Origin: an uncultured Mycoplasmatota bacterium
GTDB taxonomy: Bacteria > Bacillota_I > Bacilli_A > RF39 > UBA660
Direction of reading: 5' to 3'
Assembly (NCBI GenBank): GCA_900544625.1
Contig: UQVR01000002.1
Location: 10,639-74,638 of the forward strand
Length of the DNA: 64,000 nucleotides
The notes beneath the pieces are model-generated. The model was not told where the DNA came from. It worked only from the letters and a program-made list of their open reading frames with translations, and did no database searches. Both the position numbers and the translations under genes were made by a program. Positions 59,356-64,000 of this stretch are shown piece by piece (the stretch's first letter is position 1; each line of letters opens with the position of its first letter).

Positions 59356-59431
59356 AACCTCACCCCACTAACTAAATTTCCTAACTAAATTTTACCCCAT
59401 TTTTCTAAAAAAAAAAAGACTAAATTTAAAT

Positions 59432-59637
59432 TTTTGATAACTTTTTTATAATCCCCAAAATTATCAACAGAGAAAAGTCTTATTTTATGCTTATTTAAAC
59501 AAGTTATCAACATTATCAACAAATTTTTGTTAACATAGTATTTATCCCCATTCTATCAACAAACACAATTTTGATAAAATGTTGTTAATTATGTGGATTA
59601 TTTTTGATAGTTATCCACAAATTATCCACAATCCACA
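59432..59637. promoter_or_regulatory. oriC, upstream-of-dnaA DnaA-box cluster and strand-switch point
   Basis: TTATCCACA at 59611-59619 and 59622-59630. TTATCAACA at 59461-59469, 59504-59512 and 59513-59521. One-mismatch boxes at 59542-59550, 59553-59561 and 59592-59600 (reverse). Gene orientation flips here. Confidence 0.85.
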
Positions 59638-59688
59638 AAAATTGCTAGTTATTAACAAAAAGTTGTGATATAATAATTATGATGTAAA

Positions 59689-60507
59689 ATGGAAAAAGTA
59701 GCAATTTTAAATGATATACATGGTAATTTATTTTTATTAAATAAAGTTCTAGATTATTTAAAAGATAAGAATATATCTAAATTTTTAGTTTGTGGAGATT
59801 TTTTAACGGATGGACCAGATGATAATAAAATTATAGAAAAATTAAGAAATCTAAATGCTGAAGTTATTCTAGGAAATAGGGAAGAATCATTATTAAAATT
59901 AACACCTAATTCTGGTGAAATATCTGAAAAATTTTATTCATTTTATTATACTTACAAAAATTTAACATTAGAAAACCTAGAATATCTAAAAAAGTTACCC
60001 ACAACAAAAATAATAAATATTGCTAATAAGAAAATTTGTATGTCTCATGGAAGTCCTTATAAAAGTCGGGATATGATAGATTCAACGTCATATGAACAAT
60101 TTGCTAAATTAATAATTGATTATGATGCAGATGTGTATTTGTTTGCACATACACACAAATATTTTGAAAAAGTCTACAAAAATAGATTGTTTGTAAATTC
60201 CGGAGCAGTTAATTTATCCATGGGCAGATCAAAAGTGTCAACATTTGGAATTTTATCTTTATCTGATGATTTAATTATATATGACCAAATAATTTTAGAT
60301 TATGATTTTGAAAAAGTAAAAAGGTATTATACTGAAAGTAATTTTTATAAAGAACATCCCGAATGGTGCAAAATTATATTATATATGCTAAAAGATGGTA
60401 TAGAATATAATACAAAATTCTCTAAAATGTATGATTACAATAAAAGTTTAAAAACAAATTATTACAAATTTACATTTATATATAATCTTCCAAAAATAGT
60501 TGAATAA
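59689..60507 (+). CDS. Calcineurin-like metallophosphoesterase
   Basis: DIHGN, GD, GNRE and a later H..H motif set. Extended -10 TGaTATAAT lies about 20 nt upstream. Confidence 0.75.
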   Translation: MEKVAILNDIHGNLFLLNKVLDYLKDKNISKFLVCGDFLTDGPDDNKIIEKLRNLNAEVILGNREESLLKLTPNSGEISEKFYSFYYTYKNLTLENLEYLKKLPTTKIINIANKKICMSHGSPYKSRDMIDSTSYEQFAKLIIDYDADVYLFAHTHKYFEKVYKNRLFVNSGAVNLSMGRSKVSTFGILSLSDDLIIYDQIILDYDFEKVKRYYTESNFYKEHPEWCKIILYMLKDGIEYNTKFSKMYDYNKSLKTNYYKFTFIYNLPKIVE

Positions 60508-60557
60508 TTAAAATAATATGTTAAAATATTTTAATATGTTGAAGGGAAGGTTTTGAC

Positions 60558-61220
60558 ATGGCAAATATTTTAGAATCAAAAACAAGATTAAAACAAATTC
60601 TTTATACAAATAAAGATAAATTTACAAAAGAAATATTCGATTATTTAAATTCATTATTAGAATTAGAATTTGCAGTAACTAAAGATTATATAAATTCAAA
60701 AACAAGAATAGAATTATCACAAGATGAAACTTATTACCAAGTAGCTTTATATAATATTTATCATTTAATAGACAATTTACTTACAAGACTTGATACAACA
60801 AAATTTATTAGTTTCGATAAACTTTCACATTATGATTCATATGAAATGCAAGGAATATTAAAATTAAGAGATGAAACAAATGCTAATTTATTTAGATTAA
60901 TTAGAATATTATATAATTTTGATGGTTGGCAAAATATTTCTATTGTTAATGACTTATACTTATCAAGTGAAGGAGACGTTACGAGAAAAAAAGCGGAAGA
61001 ATTCTTTATAAAAAGAGATTTATCGCAAGAATTGCACAAAGAATTATTACAAGAATTTGACTTAGAAAAAATAGAATTTTTAACCATTCCTTCAAAATTA
61101 ATTAAGGAAGATATTGGGTGGAGTACAAGTGTTACCAAAAAAGAACAAAAATTAGTACGAACTCTACCAGGAATAACATTTATCCATGAAATACACCAAG
61201 AATATTTTGCAAAAAAGTAG
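60558..61220 (+). CDS. Hypothetical helical protein (220 aa)
   Basis: Intact ORF with RBS gaagggaagg. No recognisable motif. Confidence 0.5.
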   Translation: MANILESKTRLKQILYTNKDKFTKEIFDYLNSLLELEFAVTKDYINSKTRIELSQDETYYQVALYNIYHLIDNLLTRLDTTKFISFDKLSHYDSYEMQGILKLRDETNANLFRLIRILYNFDGWQNISIVNDLYLSSEGDVTRKKAEEFFIKRDLSQELHKELLQEFDLEKIEFLTIPSKLIKEDIGWSTSVTKKEQKLVRTLPGITFIHEIHQEYFAKK

Positions 61221-61259
61221 TTAATTTGACATTAAAATAGCTGTAAATAGCAATTTTTC

Positions 61260-61289
61260 TTGACTTATCATTAATTTTAATATTATAAT
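61260..61289 (+). promoter_or_regulatory. Candidate rpmH promoter
   Basis: TTGACT (61260-61265), 18-nt spacer, TATAAT (61284-61289). Confidence 0.5.
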
Positions 61290-61323
61290 AATAACGCTAT
61301 TAAAGAAAAGGAGAAATTATATT

Positions 61324-61446
61324 ATGAAAAGAACATATCAACCAAATAAAAGAAAAGCAGCAAAGAAACATGGTTTTTTTGCTCGTAAAGAAACTGATAT
61401 ATTAAAGAATCGTCGTAGAAAAGGACGTAAAGTTTTATGTAAGTAA
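61324..61446 (+). CDS. rpmH: 50S ribosomal protein L34 (40 aa)
   Basis: [40 protein letters not shown] after RBS aaggag. Below the ORF-track length cutoff. Confidence 0.9.
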   Translation: MKRTYQPNKRKAAKKHGFFARKETDILKNRRRKGRKVLCK

Positions 61447-61472
61447 AAAACCACTTTATTGTGGTTTTTTTT
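61445..61472 (+). terminator. Hairpin plus T-run between rpmH and rnpA
   Basis: aaaaaaccac tttatt gtggtttttt followed by tt. Confidence 0.6.
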
Positions 61473-61485
61473 CCTAAAAAAAATT

Positions 61486-61815
61486 ATGAAAAGATACGAA
61501 ATGGTTAAATCTCATGAAGAATTCAATGAGATTATAAATAAAGGAAATAAAATAAAAGGAAAGTATGTATATATTTTTTTCAAAGAAAAAGACTTTTCAA
61601 AACCAAATTATGGTATTGCAGTTGGCAAAAAACTAGGTAATGCTGTAGTTAGAAATAAATTTAAACGACAATTTCGAAATATTGTAGATAATAACAGATT
61701 TCTCTTTAAAAATAATCACAATTATATTATAATGATTAAAAAGGAAGCAAATAATGCTTCATTTAGTGATTTAGAAAATGATTTAATAAATACACTGAAG
61801 AAAGGAAATTCATGA
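61486..61815 (+). CDS. rnpA: Ribonuclease P protein component
   Basis: Basic ~110-aa protein with GIAVGKKLGNAVVRNKFKRQFRN (RNR motif). Start set at MKRYEM, beyond the terminator hairpin. Confidence 0.85.
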   Translation: MKRYEMVKSHEEFNEIINKGNKIKGKYVYIFFKEKDFSKPNYGIAVGKKLGNAVVRNKFKRQFRNIVDNNRFLFKNNHNYIIMIKKEANNASFSDLENDLINTLKKGNS

Positions 61816-62852
61816 AAAATAAAATAATGGCAGTTATACTTGTTTGTGTTTTATTACTTACAAGTGGATGTGGTGATAACAAGTATATAAAAGATAAAGA
61901 CAATAAGATAGTAACATATGAAGCGACTGGTCAAATGCTTGAAAAAGATATAGTATGCTTACCAGAAAAAGATGGAGAATTATATAACCTTTATAAAGAA
62001 TACAAAGATCAATTAAATATTGATTTTGAAGATATACCAGCATGTACAGAATTTAAAGTTACATCAAATGAATCATCAGGTTTATGGGAATTCTTATTTG
62101 TAAAACCTTTAGCATTTTTAATACTTGCTCTAGGCAAATTAGTGGGTAACTTTGGTATTTCTTTAATTCTTATAGGTTTAGCAATTAGATTAGTGCTTTT
62201 ACCATTTACGATAAAGAGTACTAAACAAACAATGAATATGAAAAAAGCTCAACCTGAAATTGAAAAAATTGAAAGAAAATATCGTAATAGAACAGATAAT
62301 GAATCTTTGATGGCAAAAAGTCAAGAAACAATGATGGTTTACAAAAAATATAAAGTAAATCCAATGATAGGTTGCTTAATGGCATTCATTCAATTACCAT
62401 TATTCTTTGCTTTTTTACAAGCAATTTATAGAACACCAGCAATATATGAAGAAACATTATTAACATTTAATTTAGGTATGACCCCACTTGTGGGAATTAA
62501 AACCGGTAATTATTTATATTTATTTCTTTTAGTTTTAATCGCCGTATCAACATATTTTTCATTTAAACAAACAATGTCTCAGACAGGCAGTGCAGCTCCA
62601 GAAGCAGCTAAACAAATGAAAACGATGTTATATGTAATGTTAGTTGTAATAACTTATGCATCATTAACATTACCAACAGCCTTAGCATTCTACTGGATTG
62701 TAACATATGCATTCATCGCAGTACAAAATATAATTATTAATAAAGTTAATAATAAAGACTTAACTAATAAAAAGAAAGATAATAATAAAAAAGATAAAAT
62801 AAAAGATAAATTAGTTAAGAAAGAAGGTATGAAGTATGGAAAAGATAATTAA
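61812..62852 (+). CDS. yidC: YidC/SpoIIIJ/Oxa1-family membrane insertase (lipoprotein type)
   Basis: Lipobox LLTSGCG, then conserved TM2 region with GISLILIGLAIRLVLLP and the MMVYKKYKVNP loop. Basic C-terminal tail. Confidence 0.9.
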   Translation: MKNKIMAVILVCVLLLTSGCGDNKYIKDKDNKIVTYEATGQMLEKDIVCLPEKDGELYNLYKEYKDQLNIDFEDIPACTEFKVTSNESSGLWEFLFVKPLAFLILALGKLVGNFGISLILIGLAIRLVLLPFTIKSTKQTMNMKKAQPEIEKIERKYRNRTDNESLMAKSQETMMVYKKYKVNPMIGCLMAFIQLPLFFAFLQAIYRTPAIYEETLLTFNLGMTPLVGIKTGNYLYLFLLVLIAVSTYFSFKQTMSQTGSAAPEAAKQMKTMLYVMLVVITYASLTLPTALAFYWIVTYAFIAVQNIIINKVNNKDLTNKKKDNNKKDKIKDKLVKKEGMKYGKDN

Positions 62853-63441
62853 AGAGGGAAAAAGTGTTGAAGCAGCATTAAGTGCTTTAATGGAAGAAAA
62901 TAATCTTTCAAAAGAAGAATTTCTTTATACTAGTAATGTTAAAAAAGGAAAATTATTTCAAGGGACAATTTATGAAGTAACAGCATATTTGAAGACTGAT
63001 ATCAATAATGAAATAAAAGAATTCTTAAGAAATGTCGTAGAAAACATGGGGCTTGAAGTAACAATGGAACTTACCAATAAAGATGATAGAGTTACTATTA
63101 GAATGTTTTCTAACAAAGACTATATTTTAATTGGTAAAGAAGGAGCAACTCTAAAAGCCTTAGAAACATTAGCAAAACAATATATTCAAAATACAACAGG
63201 AATATATTATAAATTTAATTTAGATGTTTCTAATTATAAAGAAAAAAATATTAAAAGACTAGAATGGTTAGCTAAGAAAACTGCAAAAGAAGTAGTTTCT
63301 ACGAATGCTCCAGTTGCTTTAGATAATATGACATCATATGAAAGAAGAATTATTCATAGTGCTTTAACAGATTTTAAAGGTGTAAAAACCGAAAGTGAAG
63401 GCGAAGAACCAAATAGACATATCGTTATCAAACCACTTTAA
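62836..63441 (+). CDS. jag: Jag/KhpB RNA-binding protein (KH plus R3H)
   Basis: Jag_N, a KH-like middle region, and R3H (MTSYERRIIHSAL). Follows yidC. Confidence 0.88.
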   Translation: MEKIIKEGKSVEAALSALMEENNLSKEEFLYTSNVKKGKLFQGTIYEVTAYLKTDINNEIKEFLRNVVENMGLEVTMELTNKDDRVTIRMFSNKDYILIGKEGATLKALETLAKQYIQNTTGIYYKFNLDVSNYKEKNIKRLEWLAKKTAKEVVSTNAPVALDNMTSYERRIIHSALTDFKGVKTESEGEEPNRHIVIKPL

Positions 63442-63454
63442 TAGTGGTTTTTTA
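63430..63454 (+). terminator. Rho-independent terminator after jag
   Basis: aaaccac tttaata gtggttt followed by ttt. Confidence 0.6.
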
Positions 63455-63466
63455 ATGACAAAATTT

Positions 63467-63594
63467 AGGAAAAATGTGTAATTTAAGCCAAAAACAATTG
63501 GAATTATGTGTAAAAGATGGTTAAAATGACTGGAAAAATGTGTAAAAATAGGTTGAAATGGTTGGAATTTTGTGATAAAATTATAATGAGGTGA
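63467..63594 (+). repeat. Four direct repeats phased at exactly 32 bp (iteron/operator-like)
   Basis: Units start at 63467, 63499, 63531 and 63563 with core (A/T)GGAAWWWTGTG(T)AAAA. Units 2 and 3 are about 80 percent identical over 32 bp. Confidence 0.75.
63553..63581 (+). promoter_or_regulatory. Candidate promoter embedded in the repeats
   Basis: TTGAAA (63553-63558), 17-nt spacer, extended -10 TGaTAAAAT (63573-63581). Confidence 0.4.
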
Positions 63595-63600
63595 GGTAAA

Positions 63601-64000
63601 ATGCTAAGATTAAAACGAAAAATAGATCAATTTTTGATAGATTGGAAAAATTCAGAATATAAGATGCCATTAATAGTAAAAGGCGCAAGACAGATAGGTA
63701 AAACTGATGCAATAGAAAATTTTGCAAAAAATAACTATAAAAATTTTGTTGAAATTAATTTTGCATTACAAAAGGAATATAAATCTATTTTTGATAATGG
63801 CTTTGATGTTGACAATATAATAAATAACATATCAATGATAAACAACGATTTTGTTTTTGAACCGAGAGACACGTTAATATTTTTCGATGAAATTCAAGAT
63901 TGCATTAACTGTGCAACGTCACTAAAATCATTTAATATTGATAAAAGATTTGATGTAATATGTTCAGGATCAATGTTAGGAATAAATTATAGCAAAATTG
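63601..64000 (+). CDS. AAA-family ATPase of the AAA_14/DUF4143 type (partial, runs off window end)
   Basis: KGARQIGKT Walker A, IFFDEIQ Walker B, RBS gaggtgagg. Confidence 0.7.
   Translation, partial: MLRLKRKIDQFLIDWKNSEYKMPLIVKGARQIGKTDAIENFAKNNYKNFVEINFALQKEYKSIFDNGFDVDNIINNISMINNDFVFEPRDTLIFFDEIQDCINCATSLKSFNIDKRFDVICSGSMLGINYSKI

Noticed and set aside
839-62043. Many short ORFs antisense to, or nested in, strong genes. These are 839-1111, 2024-2239, 3257-3646, 3606-3791, 3938-4120, 5319-5525, 14219-14407, 15818-16027, 17548-17814, 20673-20879, 21922-22131, 23654-23869, 23915-24100, 25146-25478, 25921-26217, 26786-27061, 28382-28579, 32600-32911, 33465-33761, 33983-34243, 34884-35078, 38150-38395, 38401-38592, 38830-39063, 44089-44367, 51225-51443, 53837-54022, 54577-54762, 55856-56080, 56286-56471, 58412-58651, 60830-61138 and 61858-62043.
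   Set aside because: Each overlaps a longer ORF with clear family motifs. The translations are low-complexity and rich in I/L/F/S/K, as expected from AT-rich antisense frames. None has a convincing RBS.
61445-63454. Near-identical hairpins after rpmH (aaccactttattgtggtttttt) and after jag (aaccactttaatagtggtttttt) might represent a repeated mobile element.
   Set aside because: Only the short ccac/gtgg stem and the A/T runs are shared, and there is no extended flanking similarity. Most simply, these are two ordinary intrinsic terminators.

Overview
Very AT-rich, low-GC Firmicute chromosome segment, judged by eye and not computed. It spans the replication origin. Nearly all genes from 1 to 59355 lie on the - strand and all genes from 59689 onward lie on the + strand. 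The switch falls at a DnaA-box-rich region upstream of dnaA. Gene order resembles a compacted Bacillus-type origin region: rpmH-rnpA-yidC-jag | oriC | dnaA-dnaN-(comK-like)-recF-gyrB-gyrA, then SRP RNA-tadA-dnaX-ybaB-recR-bofA-holB-yaaT-yabB-pth-mfd-spoVT-(T-box)-dut-metG-tatD-yabE-rsmA-yabG-veg-spoVG-yabP-yabQ-divIC. Further out are clpP, gap, ftsEX plus an M23 peptidase, gerQ, yvcK-whiA-nrdG, truA-rplM-rpsI, an RNA-modification gene chain, cwlD, htrA, a heterodimeric ABC exporter and a two-component system. Many sporulation genes indicate an endospore former. The most unusual feature is a 1.27 kb gene-free island (49313-50586) between the SRP RNA and gyrA. It holds six near-perfect or perfect ParB parS palindromes (TGTTTCACGTGAAACA) and a possible decayed seventh. 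It also holds two perfect Noc-binding-site palindromes (TATTTCCCGGGAAATA). DnaA-box-like 9-mers sit 2-5 nt upstream of four of the parS sites. The array is built from a diverged repeat unit of about 115-130 bp. Other items worth a second look: two intact ORFs that look like catalytically dead relics of EcfA1/EcfA2 at the conserved position upstream of truA; a 654-aa protein with a type IV prepilin N-terminus, Ig-like modules and a Cys-rich tail; an Abi_2 abortive-infection gene coupled to htrA; two paralogous Cys-motif proteins flanking a TnpB relic; a ComK-family gene between dnaN and recF; a Met-type T-box ahead of dut-metG; and four 32-bp-phased direct repeats over a promoter after jag. All product calls come from reading motifs in the supplied translations. 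No database search was run.
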